From the NCBI GenBank assembly GCA_963663865.1, contig OY760686.1:608001-672000 (forward strand): a DNA stretch of 64,000 bases, in the 5' to 3' direction. Position numbers and translations under genes: made by a program. This DNA comes from Spirochaetota bacterium. GTDB lineage: Bacteria > Spirochaetota > UBA4802 > UBA5550. This document shows, piece after piece, positions 37,519 through 47,519 of the stretch (its first letter is position 1; every line of letters begins with the position of its first letter). Below the pieces are notes generated by a model, which had not been told where the DNA came from, did not search any database, and saw only the letters and a program-made list of their open reading frames with translations.

Positions 37519-40086
37519 GTGAGCGAAATGAATAATAGTCCTGAATTGAAATTGTTTATTAGTTATTCTCATGCAGATCATGTACATGTTGATAAATTTA
37601 GAAGGCATATTGCACCATTGAAAAGCAATGGTTTGATAAAGGACTGGATTGATAGAGAAATAATCGCTGGAGAAGAATTTCAGAACAGCATTGATAATAA
37701 TCTTGAAGATGCTGATATTATATGTTTGTTCATTTCAGCAAACTTTTTATCTTCAAATTCATGTGATAAAGAAAAAATTGATGCATATGAGCTTAATCGT
37801 AAAAAGGGAGTTTCTGTTGTGCCGGTAATATTATCAGAATGTGGTTGGTTGGATGTTAAAGATTTGTCAAAAAAACTTGCTCTTCCAGAAGATGGTAAGG
37901 CTGTTACTAAATTTGATGATGAAAATTCAGGATGGCATAATGTTTATGAAGGCCTAAAGAAAGTAATTGAGAGTGAAAATCTATTAAGGGGAATAAAAGT
38001 TAGCGAAAAATTTAATTTATTTCTAAATGATGCTGAGTTGTTAACAAAAGCTCATTCAAAAAAAGAAGAAATAAAAATAGATGACATATATATTTATCCG
38101 GATTTGTTGAAATATGATGAGATTAGAGGTGTTGAGAAAAAAATAAATGCAGAAGATGTTATTGTTGAAATATTTGAATATAATAAGATCTTAATTGCTG
38201 GAGAAAATCAATCAGGTAAAACTACACTTTGTAAAGTTATTTATAAAAATTTATTCAGTAAAAAATATTATCCAATTTACCTTTCTGATGAAAAATATGA
38301 TGGCCAATTGATAAATAAAATAAAGAAAGAATTTGAAAAACAATATCAAGGATGTTCCTATGATTTAATTTGCAAGTCTAATCGTATTGTAGTAATAGTA
38401 GATAATTTTCATCATGTTTTACAAAAAGATAGAATTATTGATGAGTTATCTACCTTTGATAATCAGTTATTAATTGTCGATGAAATATTTAGCTTAAACA
38501 TCAGAGATGAGAATATATCAAAAAATTATAAGAATTATAAAATTAAAGAATTTAATCCAATTTTGCGAAATGAATTAATTAAAAAATGGATTTGTCTTGA
38601 TGGAACTTTTATTCACCGCTGTCATGACAATGAATTATATAAATCTCTTGATGATGCAACCGAGTTGGTCAATTCGACTTTAGGTAAAGTAATAAATAGT
38701 GGAATAATGCCATCCTACCCGTTTTTTATATTATCTGTATTAAGTACATATGAATCATTTGCAAAACCACTTGATCAGGAAATAACTTCGCAAGGATATT
38801 GTTATCAATCATTGATTTATTTATATCTAAGGAAATCAGGAGTTAAGACTGATGAAATCGATACTTATGTAAATTTTTTGTCGGTAATAGCTCATCAAAT
38901 ATTTAAAATGAAATTAAATGAATTAAATTTGGAACAATTTAATTCATTTATTGACTCATATAATGTACAATATAATCTTTCTGTTAACTTAACTAAATTA
39001 TTACATCATCTTAAGCTGACAAAAATATTCTCTCAAAATAGCTGCGGAAATTATTGCTTTGTCTACCCATATCTTTACTACTATTTTGTAGCAAAGTATT
39101 TAGCTGAGCACCTTGAACAAAATAAAGAAATAATTAATCGTATTTGTGCAAATTTGCATGTTGATGTAAATGCATACATAGCAATTTTTATTACTCATCA
39201 TACAAAAAATGATTGTGTGCTCGAAGAAATTGTTTTGAATTCTACCGATTTATTTTATGACAATAAACCAGCTGACCTTTCATTAGATGAATTATCTTTT
39301 TTTGATGATGAAATTGAAACATTAATAAGTGCTGCATTGCCAGCAGATTATTCTAATCCGGAGGCAGCTAGACAAAAGCGCCTTGAGTTGCAAGACAAAA
39401 TTGAACAGGATCAGGCTGGTGGTGATAAGGAAGAGTTAAATGATGAATTCGCTATCGAGTTGAGACGTAGTATTAAAACTGTTGAGGTAATGGGTAGTAT
39501 CGTAAAAAACAGGGCAGGTTCATTAAAGAAAAAGCGTATCGAAGAGATAATAAATGAAAGTATGGATGTTCATTTAAGGATTTTATTTTCTTTCTTTGAA
39601 TTTATTCGAGATAAAAATCAACAATCAAATATGATTGCTTATCTTTCATCTCGAATTAATGAATTTATATCTGACCAAGAAAAGAAACCTAGTGAAGAGA
39701 AATTAAAAAAGATTGCTCATAAAATATTCTGGAATTTAAATTACTCTGTTATTTATTCATTAATAAATGTTATTATAAACTCAATTGGTTCAGATAAATT
39801 ACAAAGTATAATAAACAAAATTTGTGATATAAAAAATACTCCAGCATCTTTTTTAATAAAGCATGGAACTCTTATGTGGTTTTCAAAAAATATACTTGTT
39901 GATGAAATGGCTGATAGAATTAAGGAAAATGATTTTTCAAAAACATCAATAAAAATTCTTAATCATCTGGTAGTAAATCACTGTTCGTTACATTCTATAG
40001 ATTTCAAGGAGAAGCAAAAAATATCTTTAAAGTTAGGTATTCCAATAAAAAGCTTACTAAGTATTCAAATGCAACGGAATCAGTAA
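37519..40086 (+). CDS. TIR domain fused to STAND/NACHT-like NTPase
   Basis: LFISYSH.D, FISANFL.S..C..E; Walker A GENQSGKTT, IVDNFH; AT-rich. Confidence 0.85.
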   Translation: MSEMNNSPELKLFISYSHADHVHVDKFRRHIAPLKSNGLIKDWIDREIIAGEEFQNSIDNNLEDADIICLFISANFLSSNSCDKEKIDAYELNRKKGVSVVPVILSECGWLDVKDLSKKLALPEDGKAVTKFDDENSGWHNVYEGLKKVIESENLLRGIKVSEKFNLFLNDAELLTKAHSKKEEIKIDDIYIYPDLLKYDEIRGVEKKINAEDVIVEIFEYNKILIAGENQSGKTTLCKVIYKNLFSKKYYPIYLSDEKYDGQLINKIKKEFEKQYQGCSYDLICKSNRIVVIVDNFHHVLQKDRIIDELSTFDNQLLIVDEIFSLNIRDENISKNYKNYKIKEFNPILRNELIKKWICLDGTFIHRCHDNELYKSLDDATELVNSTLGKVINSGIMPSYPFFILSVLSTYESFAKPLDQEITSQGYCYQSLIYLYLRKSGVKTDEIDTYVNFLSVIAHQIFKMKLNELNLEQFNSFIDSYNVQYNLSVNLTKLLHHLKLTKIFSQNSCGNYCFVYPYLYYYFVAKYLAEHLEQNKEIINRICANLHVDVNAYIAIFITHHTKNDCVLEEIVLNSTDLFYDNKPADLSLDELSFFDDEIETLISAALPADYSNPEAARQKRLELQDKIEQDQAGGDKEELNDEFAIELRRSIKTVEVMGSIVKNRAGSLKKKRIEEIINESMDVHLRILFSFFEFIRDKNQQSNMIAYLSSRINEFISDQEKKPSEEKLKKIAHKIFWNLNYSVIYSLINVIINSIGSDKLQSIINKICDIKNTPASFLIKHGTLMWFSKNILVDEMADRIKENDFSKTSIKILNHLVVNHCSLHSIDFKEKQKISLKLGIPIKSLLSIQMQRNQ

Positions 40087-40114
40087 GAACTAGACAGTGG
40101 AATTATTAATTACC

Positions 40115-40267
40115 ATGACCACTAAAATCACCGAATCCTCCATCGACTCCTTCTCCCTCAATCTCCTTGAGAGGCAGTGCTTTCAGTATTTCTACAGCCA
40201 TTTCGGCGCGTCGGTCGACGATGACCTGTTTCCCGGCAGTTCTGACAGAGGTTTAAGCCATGACTGA
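40115..40267 (+). pseudogene. Decayed hsdR 5' fragment
   Basis: MTTKITESSIDSFSLNLLERQCFQYFY vs HsdR MTTSKITESAIETFAIELLVKHGYHYIY. Confidence 0.7.
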
Positions 40268-41256
40268 CAATATGACAGATTTTCTTCTCTACAACAGCCC
40301 TGACGGAAGCATTAAGGTCGAGGTTTTTGTTCAGGACGAAACCGTATGGCTCACTCAAAAACGAATGGCTCTTCTGTTTTCAGTTGATGTCCGTACGGTA
40401 AGCGAACACCTTCGCAATATATTCAGCAGCAACGAGCTGGATGAAGCCTCAACTATCCGGAAAATCCGGACAGTTCAAAAAGAAGGTTCGCGCGATGTTT
40501 CACGGGAGCTTGACTATTATTCCCTGGATGCTATCATCGCGGTCGGTTATCGGGTTAATTCCTACCAGGCAACGCGATTTCGCGTATGGGCCACAAAAAT
40601 CCTGAAAGAATTCATAATTAAAGGTTTTGTTCTGGATGATGAACGCCTCAAACGGGGAAAAACTGTTTTCGGAAAAGATTATTTTGATGAGCTTCTGGAA
40701 CGCGTCCGCGAAATACGTGCAAGTGAACGGCGATTCTATCAAAAAATTACAGATATATATGAGCTGGCTGCTGATTACGATAAGAACGCTCCGATTACAA
40801 AAGATTTTTTTTCAGCAGTACAGAACAAACTCCACTGGGCTATAACCGGCAAGACAGCGGCTGAAATCATTTATGATTCAGCGGATTCAGCGAAAATCTA
40901 CATGGGTCTTACCAGTTGGAGGCATGCTCCGGAAGGGAAAATATTAAAATCTGACGTCAATGTCGCTAAAAATTATCTTAATAAAGCTCATATGGATGAA
41001 CAGAATAGTCTCGGCTTATCTTGATCTTGCAGAAAACCAGGCAAGGCGTCAGATAGTCACGCGGATGAAAGACTGGGTCCAATATCTGGACAAATTTCTG
41101 GCTCTTTCAGATTATCCCATCCTGTTGGAGAAGGGTAAAGTCTCAGCTCTGGAAGCGAAAATTAAAGCGGAAGCCGAATACGATAAATTTCGAGTGATCC
41201 AGGATAAACAGTACATATCCGATTTTGACGAAGAAGTCAGAAAACTGATTGGGTAA
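40260..41256 (+). pseudogene. RhuM-family protein, frameshifted near 41000
   Basis: ETVWLTQK, VGYRVNS..AT.FR.WAT, IRASERRFYQK; C-terminus continues in the 40960..41256 frame. Confidence 0.85.
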
Positions 41257-41272
41257 GAAACAGGCGGTAACA

Positions 41273-41521
41273 ATGACGACATCTAAAATAACTGAATCCG
41301 CCATTGAAACCTTTGCTATCGAACTTCTCGAAAAACACAGCTATCAATATATCTACTGCCCTGATATTGCACCGGACAGCGAAAATGAATCCACACCCCC
41401 TTCAGGGGGACGGGGGGCTTCAGGTGAGGCAGACAATAAACTTTCAGAATATCAAGTATGCGCAAGTTTCGTACATACCATCAACTTATCAGTTAACTGC
41501 CGAGGAATTCTCGGCGGTTGA
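41273..41521 (+). pseudogene. Duplicated hsdR 5' fragment
   Basis: MTTSKITESAIETFAIELL...[10 protein letters not shown] then unrelated sequence. Confidence 0.85.
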
Positions 41522-41532
41522 AGGAAAATAAA

Positions 41533-42585
41533 ATGAGCGATAAAAACCTTCCTGAAAAATTCCCCAACTTCGTCCTCTTTAAAACTGCCGACGGCAAGGT
41601 CAACATTGATGTCTATTTTTACAATGAAACTCTGTGGCTTAGTCAGAAGCTCATTGCCGAATTGTTTCAGAAAGACCGAAGCGTTATCTCCAAGCATTTG
41701 AAAAAAATCTTTAAGGAAGGTGAATTGGATGAGCAAGTGGTATGTGCAAAATTTGCACTAACCACTCAGCACGGCGCTATCGAAGGCAAAACTCAGCAAA
41801 AAGACGTTCTTTACTATAACCTACGAGCTATAACCGCCGTGGGCTACCGAGTCAATTCTCACCGGGCTACGGAGTTCCGCAAATGGGCCACCGAGATTCT
41901 GCATGAATACATTATCAAAGGCTTTGCCATGGATGATGAACGCCTCAAGCAGATCAAACACTTTGGACAGGACTACTTCGATGAACTTCTGGAACGCATT
42001 CGGGAAATCCGCCTGAGTGAGCGCAGACTCTACCAGAAAATCACCGATATTTATGCCCTGTCTGCCGATTATGACCGGAATGATGAAACCACCAAAGAGT
42101 TCTTTGCCACCGTGCAGAACAAAATGCACTGGGCAATACAAGGTAAAACCGCTGCCGAAATTATCTATACCGAGGCAGACGCACAAAAGCTCTATATGGG
42201 GCTAAAAACATGGAAGAATGCTCCCGGTGGTAAAATCCTGAAATCCGATGTAACCATTGCCAAGAACTACCTGAATCAGGAACATCTCAGAGAATTGGAG
42301 CGGATCGTCTCAGCCTATCTGGATTTAGCTGAAAACCGCGCCCGCCGAGGCATTGTGACCAACATGAAAGACTGGGTCCAATATCTGGACAAATTTCTGG
42401 CTCTTTCAGATTATCCCATCCTGTTGGAGAAGGGCAAAGTCTCAGCTCTGGAAGCGAAAATTAAAGCGGAAGCCGAATACGATAAATTTCGAGTGATCCA
42501 GGATAAACAGTACATATCCGATTTTGACGAAGAAGTCAGAAAACTGATCGGGAAAGAAACAGGCGATAACAATGACGACATCTAA
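41533..42585 (+). CDS. RhuM-family protein
   Basis: ETLWLSQK, VGYRVNS.RAT.FRKWAT, IRLSERR.YQKITD, VQNKMHWAI. Confidence 0.9.
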   Translation: MSDKNLPEKFPNFVLFKTADGKVNIDVYFYNETLWLSQKLIAELFQKDRSVISKHLKKIFKEGELDEQVVCAKFALTTQHGAIEGKTQQKDVLYYNLRAITAVGYRVNSHRATEFRKWATEILHEYIIKGFAMDDERLKQIKHFGQDYFDELLERIREIRLSERRLYQKITDIYALSADYDRNDETTKEFFATVQNKMHWAIQGKTAAEIIYTEADAQKLYMGLKTWKNAPGGKILKSDVTIAKNYLNQEHLRELERIVSAYLDLAENRARRGIVTNMKDWVQYLDKFLALSDYPILLEKGKVSALEAKIKAEAEYDKFRVIQDKQYISDFDEEVRKLIGKETGDNNDDI

Positions 42586-45500
42586 AATAACTGAATCCGC
42601 CATTGAAACCTTTGCTATCGAACTTCTTGTAAAACATGGCTATCATTATATCTACGGCCCTGGTATTGCACCGGATAGCGAAAATGAATCCACACCCCCT
42701 TCAGGGGGTCGGGGGGCCGTAGAGGTTCGGCATTCCTTTGAAGACGTACTACTTCTGGAAAAATTAAAAACCGCTGTTTCCCGCATTAACCCTGATATTC
42801 CAGCAGAAGCTCGTGAAGATGCCATAAAACAAATAGAACGCCTCAACTCACCCGAACTGATAGCCAACAACGAAACCTTCCATCGTATGTTGACCGAAGG
42901 CATTAAAGTGACATACCAAAAAGACAGAAACAGTCGCGGTGATTTAGTCTGGTTAATTGACTTTGATGAACCGGAGAACAATGACTTTATAGTTATAAAC
43001 CAGTATACCGTTATCAATTCCTCCCCTTTAGGAGACCGAGGTTCTGACGACTGTGAAACTTCTCCCCCTTCAGGGGGTTGGGGGGCCAAACGGCCTGATG
43101 TCATTTTATTCGTCAATGGATTGCCTCTTGTGGTTATTGAACTTAAAAATCCAGCTGATGAAAACGCCACTGTACATTCGGCATTTAAACAATTGCAAAC
43201 CTATAAACAGGCAATCCCCTCCCTGTTTACTTACAATGGATTTTTAGTTATTTCAGACGGTCTTGAAGCAAAAGCCGGTACAATTTCTTCCGGGTACAGT
43301 CGTTTTATGGCATGGAAAACCTCTGATGGCAAAGTTGAAGCCTCTCCGCTAATTGGTCAGTTGGAAACCTTAATTCGCGGTATGCTCGACAAAAAAACAT
43401 TACTGGATATTCTCAGGCACTTTATCGTATTTGAAAAATCCACCTTGTCATCCCCTTCAGGGGACCGAGGGGCCGTCATAACCATCCAAACCGTAAAAAA
43501 ACTGGCAGCCTATCATCAATACTATGCGGTAAACAGAGCTGTTGAGTCAACACTTCGTGCTTCCGGTTACATCAGAAAAAATGTCAATAATTCCGAAGGT
43601 TTTACCGTTCAGGAATCGCCTGAAAGTTATGGTGTTCCAGGTGTGAATTCCCAGCCTGTGGGCGATAAAAAAGGCGGTGTTGTCTGGCATACTCAGGGCT
43701 CTGGAAAATCCTTATCTATGGTTTTTTATACTGGAAAGGTAGTTCTCGAAATGGATAATCCGACCATTCTTGTAATCACCGACCGCAATGACCTTGATGA
43801 CCAGCTTTTTTATACCTTTGCCTCATCTAAACAACTTCTCAGGCAGGAGCCGGTTCAGGCCGGGAACAGGGAGCAATTAAAGGAATTATTGAAAGTCGCA
43901 TCCGGCGGCGTGGTCTTCACCACGATTCAGAAGTTTCAACCGGAAGAAGGAAATGTTTACGAAAAACTGTCTGACAGAACCAATATTATAGTTATCGCCG
44001 ATGAAGCCCACAGAACTCAATACGGTTTTAAGGCAAAAACAATCGATGATAAAGACGAGAATGGCAAAGTAATTGGTAAGAAAGTTGTTTATGGATTTGC
44101 AAAATACATGAGGGATGCCCTCCCCAACGCGACTTATCTCGGTTTTACCGGAACGCCCATTGAAAACACCGATGTCAACACCCCAGCTGTTTTCGGAAAT
44201 TATGTTGATGTATATGATATAGCACAGTCCGTTCATGACGGTGCAACTGTCCGCATCTATTACGAAAGCCGTCTCGCAAAAATTGTATTAAGCAGTGAAG
44301 GCAAAAAACTTATAAAAGAACTTGATGATGATCTTGCACAGGATGAACTTTCCGAAACACAAAAGGCAAAAGCCAAATGGACTCAGCTTGAGGCTCTTAT
44401 CGGCAGTGCTGACAGAATAAAGCAGGTCGCTAAAGACATTATAACGCATTTTGAACAGAGACAGGAGGTTATAGACGGCAAGGCAATGATTGTCACTATG
44501 TCTCGTCGCATTGCTGCTGAACTGTACAAGGCTATTATTGAAATCAAGCCAGAATGGCATAAAGATGATTTGAAGAAAGGCGTTATCAAAGTTGTCATGA
44601 CTTCTGCTTCTTCAGATGGCCCGGAAATATCCAAACACCATACGAAAAAAGAGCAAAGACGTTCTTTAGCAGACCGAATGAAAGAACCCGAAGATGAACT
44701 GAAACTGGTAATCGTAAGGGATATGTGGCTCACCGGTTTTGATGTGCCTTCCCTGCATACACTCTATATTGATAAACCGATGAAAGGCCATAATTTAATG
44801 CAGGCAATCGCCCGTGTTAATCGTGTTTATAAAGACAAAACCGGCGGACTCATAGTTGACTATCTTGGAATAGCTTCTGACCTGAAAAAGGCTCTCTCTT
44901 TTTATTCTGACGCTGGCGGTAAAGGTGACCCGGCTGTTAATCAGGAAAAAGCCGTACAGCTTATGCTGGAAAAACTGGAAGTTGTGTCTCAATTGTTCCA
45001 TGGTTTTGCTTACGAAGAATACTTAGAAGCTGAAACCGGTAGAAAATTATCACTTATTCTTTCGGCAGAAGAACATATACTTGGGCTTGAAAATGGAAGA
45101 AAACGATACATTGATGAAGTAACGGCCTTATCTCAAGCATTTTCAATAGCTATACCACATGAACAGGCAATGGACGTCAAAGACGAAGTGGCCTTTTTTC
45201 AGGCAGTAAAATCACGTCTTGTTAAGTTTGACAGTACCGGCTCTGGAAAAACTGATGAGGAAGTTGAAACCGCAATTCGTCAGGTCATAGACAAGGCACT
45301 TGTTACTGAAAGAGTAATTGATGTTTTTGATGCTGCTGGTATTAAAAAGCCGGATATTTCCATATTGTCAGAAGACTTCCTTCTTGAAGTTAAAAATATG
45401 GAGCACAAGAATATTGCTCTTGAAGTTCTGAAAAAACTCCTTAACGATGAAATAAAATCCCGGACAAAGAAGAATTTAATTCAAAGCAGAACCTTAATGG

Positions 45501-45916
45501 AAATGCTTGAAAATTCAATTAAGAAATATCACAACAAAATCCTTACTGCTGCGGAAGTAATCGAAGAGCTTATTGAATTATCAAAAGAAATTCATGAAAT
45601 GGACAAAGAGCCAAAAGAAATGGGTCTTTCGGATTATGAATACGCATTTTATACAGCCATTTCGAATAATGACAGTGCAAAACAGGTCATGGAACAGGAT
45701 AAACTCAGAGAGCTTGCAGTTGTACTTTATGAAAAGGTAAAAGAAAACGCTTCTATTGACTGGACGATAAAGGAAAGCGTTAAAGCAAAATTAAAAGTAA
45801 TTGTTAAAAGAATTTTAAGACAGTATGGTTATCCGCCAGATATGCAAATGTTAGCAACAGAAACTGTATTAAAACAGGCTGAACTAATTGCTGAGGAATT
45901 AACACATGGTGAATAG
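42572..45916 (+). CDS. hsdR: Type I R-M restriction subunit
   Basis: RPD..LFVNGLP...IELK, WHTQGSGKS, DEAHR, FTGTP, MWLTGFD, QAIARVNR. Confidence 0.96.
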   Translation: MTTSKITESAIETFAIELLVKHGYHYIYGPGIAPDSENESTPPSGGRGAVEVRHSFEDVLLLEKLKTAVSRINPDIPAEAREDAIKQIERLNSPELIANNETFHRMLTEGIKVTYQKDRNSRGDLVWLIDFDEPENNDFIVINQYTVINSSPLGDRGSDDCETSPPSGGWGAKRPDVILFVNGLPLVVIELKNPADENATVHSAFKQLQTYKQAIPSLFTYNGFLVISDGLEAKAGTISSGYSRFMAWKTSDGKVEASPLIGQLETLIRGMLDKKTLLDILRHFIVFEKSTLSSPSGDRGAVITIQTVKKLAAYHQYYAVNRAVESTLRASGYIRKNVNNSEGFTVQESPESYGVPGVNSQPVGDKKGGVVWHTQGSGKSLSMVFYTGKVVLEMDNPTILVITDRNDLDDQLFYTFASSKQLLRQEPVQAGNREQLKELLKVASGGVVFTTIQKFQPEEGNVYEKLSDRTNIIVIADEAHRTQYGFKAKTIDDKDENGKVIGKKVVYGFAKYMRDALPNATYLGFTGTPIENTDVNTPAVFGNYVDVYDIAQSVHDGATVRIYYESRLAKIVLSSEGKKLIKELDDDLAQDELSETQKAKAKWTQLEALIGSADRIKQVAKDIITHFEQRQEVIDGKAMIVTMSRRIAAELYKAIIEIKPEWHKDDLKKGVIKVVMTSASSDGPEISKHHTKKEQRRSLADRMKEPEDELKLVIVRDMWLTGFDVPSLHTLYIDKPMKGHNLMQAIARVNRVYKDKTGGLIVDYLGIASDLKKALSFYSDAGGKGDPAVNQEKAVQLMLEKLEVVSQLFHGFAYEEYLEAETGRKLSLILSAEEHILGLENGRKRYIDEVTALSQAFSIAIPHEQAMDVKDEVAFFQAVKSRLVKFDSTGSGKTDEEVETAIRQVIDKALVTERVIDVFDAAGIKKPDISILSEDFLLEVKNMEHKNIALEVLKKLLNDEIKSRTKKNLIQSRTLMEMLENSIKKYHNKILTAAEVIEELIELSKEIHEMDKEPKEMGLSDYEYAFYTAISNNDSAKQVMEQDKLRELAVVLYEKVKENASIDWTIKESVKAKLKVIVKRILRQYGYPPDMQMLATETVLKQAELIAEELTHGE

Positions 45917-45950
45917 GAAAGACGCATTCGGCGTCCTGACTCCGAAGGTG

Positions 45951-46012
45951 GGCGTGAACTCAAACCTCAAACTCTGCGTGTAGAGCCGCCCAATTTGGGC
46001 GGCTCTACACGC
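45951..46012. repeat. 62-bp repeat with GTAG-type REP palindrome (copy 1)
   Basis: GCGTGTAGAGCCGCCCAA-T-TTGGGCGGCTCTACACGC; identical to 46971-47032. Confidence 0.9.
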
Positions 46013-46207
46013 CTGTGACAGCAACTGATTGCTACATAACTCAACCGGGCGGCTCTACCCGCTCTGTATTTACTGACAGATATGGGCCCGCAAAACGCGA
46101 TAGAGAAAAATGTCCGGTAAAAAAAATTACATAACCAGAGGAGCGCTAAACACAAACAACGAAAACTGAAACCAGTTATGTCGAGTTATATCGCTATTAT
46201 TGTAAGT

Positions 46208-46606
46208 TCACCATAAAAGCTTAAGCCCATCTTTTACGTATTCCTCAAACGACCTGTCCTTTGATATCATGATAAGCCCTTCATTGATAGCTTGCCAGAT
46301 TAACATTCGGTCAAAAGGATCACTATGTCCGTATTTCTTTAATCGATAAAAAGAACTTACAGTTTTTTCATCAATATTTATAATTTCAAAACCTGATTCA
46401 GCTGCATAAAAAGGGAGTTCATCCGGGGTTACATTTTTAAGATTGAGCTTGCCGATGCTGTACTTTAACGAGATTTCCCAGAAAGTAATTGTACTTACAT
46501 AAACATCATTCTCAATTTTCTCAATTTTTCTTGCTACTTTCCCGGGTAATTTTTGAGGGTCAAAAATCGACCATAGAAAGGTATGCGTATCCAATAAATA
46601 CTTCAT
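46208..46606 (-). CDS. vapC: VapC/PIN toxin
   Basis: YLLDTHTFLW, S..TFWEI..K, H.DPFDR.LI.QA, S.D. Confidence 0.92.
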   Translation of the reverse strand: MKYLLDTHTFLWSIFDPQKLPGKVARKIEKIENDVYVSTITFWEISLKYSIGKLNLKNVTPDELPFYAAESGFEIINIDEKTVSSFYRLKKYGHSDPFDRMLIWQAINEGLIMISKDRSFEEYVKDGLKLLW

Positions 46607-46842
46607 GAATTGAAAAACTCATCATCAGAAAGCTTAAATGTATTTGTAATGGTAAAGCCAGCCTTGTTTTGCAGGATTCCCAGTTTTCTGTTGTTTCGTT
46701 TTATATATTTTGAGTAAGGAATTAATACAGCTATTTTTTCCTTCTTTTTGCCAAAGGAAAGAGTTATTTCTTCACCATCCTTTAATTCATTTATAATCTC
46801 AGATAAACGGGACTTAAATTCGCCGACTTGTAGTGTTTTCAT
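46603..46842 (-). CDS. Phd/YefM-family antitoxin
   Basis: MKTL.VGEFKS.LSEI...L..GEEI; overlaps vapC start. Confidence 0.88.
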   Translation of the reverse strand: MKTLQVGEFKSRLSEIINELKDGEEITLSFGKKKEKIAVLIPYSKYIKRNNRKLGILQNKAGFTITNTFKLSDDEFFNS

Positions 46843-46849
46843 GATAAAA

Positions 46850-46878
46850 ATAATAGCAAAATGTAGTCAAGTTGTCAA
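46850..46878 (-). promoter_or_regulatory. Sigma70 promoter of the TA operon (probably leaderless)
   Basis: TTGACA-17-TATTAT ending 7 nt before the ATG; no RBS. Confidence 0.7.
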
Positions 46879-46970
46879 GAATAAAATGAATGGCGGAAAT
46901 GCACATCAACCTGAATTCAACAGTGAAGTGCAACAGAGCCCCGACTGCTCTATGAAATTGTTTTGCACAC

Positions 46971-47076
46971 GGCGTGAACTCAAACCTCAAACTCTGCGTG
47001 TAGAGCCGCCCAATTTGGGCGGCTCTACACGCTTATGACAGCGGCTCTGCACGCCTATAACAGCGGCTCTACACGC
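46971..47076. repeat. 62-bp REP-like repeat (copy 2) plus 22-bp half-site tandem
   Basis: Identical copy, then GCGGCTCT(A/G)CACGC at 47041 and 47063. Confidence 0.9.
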
Positions 47077-47218
47077 TTATGATAAAAAAAATTTATTCTT
47101 CCAACCTCTCCATCGAACATCTATGTTTTCTGAAGACATTTCACTAAATTAAATCCATAAATTTTCATTAATGCCGCTGCTGCCTACCGGCGGGGCAGCC
47201 GGTATAAAAGGAGGCGTT

Positions 47219-47464
47219 ATGCGTTACTGTGAAATGTGCAGATCTATCACCAGGCATAAAGTAGAGGTCATCCATCCTCAGATAACACTCCTCACCTGTA
47301 CTAATTGCGGCATCTTCGGTCATATTGACAGTCCTCTTTCTGATGAAGAGACCTTCAAATATGTAACCGAGTATCTGGACAGAACTCTCGGAAAAGCGGA
47401 CGGAACGGCGATAATCGATCATTCCCCGATTGATCCCGTGACGGGCAAGTTTACTTTGCGTTGA
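47219..47464 (+). CDS. Small zinc-ribbon protein
   Basis: AGGAGG then ATG 47219; CEMC...CTNC. Confidence 0.7.
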   Translation: MRYCEMCRSITRHKVEVIHPQITLLTCTNCGIFGHIDSPLSDEETFKYVTEYLDRTLGKADGTAIIDHSPIDPVTGKFTLR

Positions 47465-47519
47465 GTCGCAGGGAAGTGGGAATTTATTTTTAAAATATAA
47501 TGAGTATAATAAAGAGAGG

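Larger units (their letters stand above)
41065..42717. repeat. 354-bp near-identical direct repeat (41065-41418 and 42364-42717)
   Basis: Same rhuM 3' end plus hsdR 5' end, constant offset 1299 bp, scattered substitutions. Confidence 0.9.

Noticed and set aside
46129-46181. attC site next to vapC (ACATAAC...GTTATGT)
   Set aside because: R boxes are complementary but there are no L arms or internal stem.
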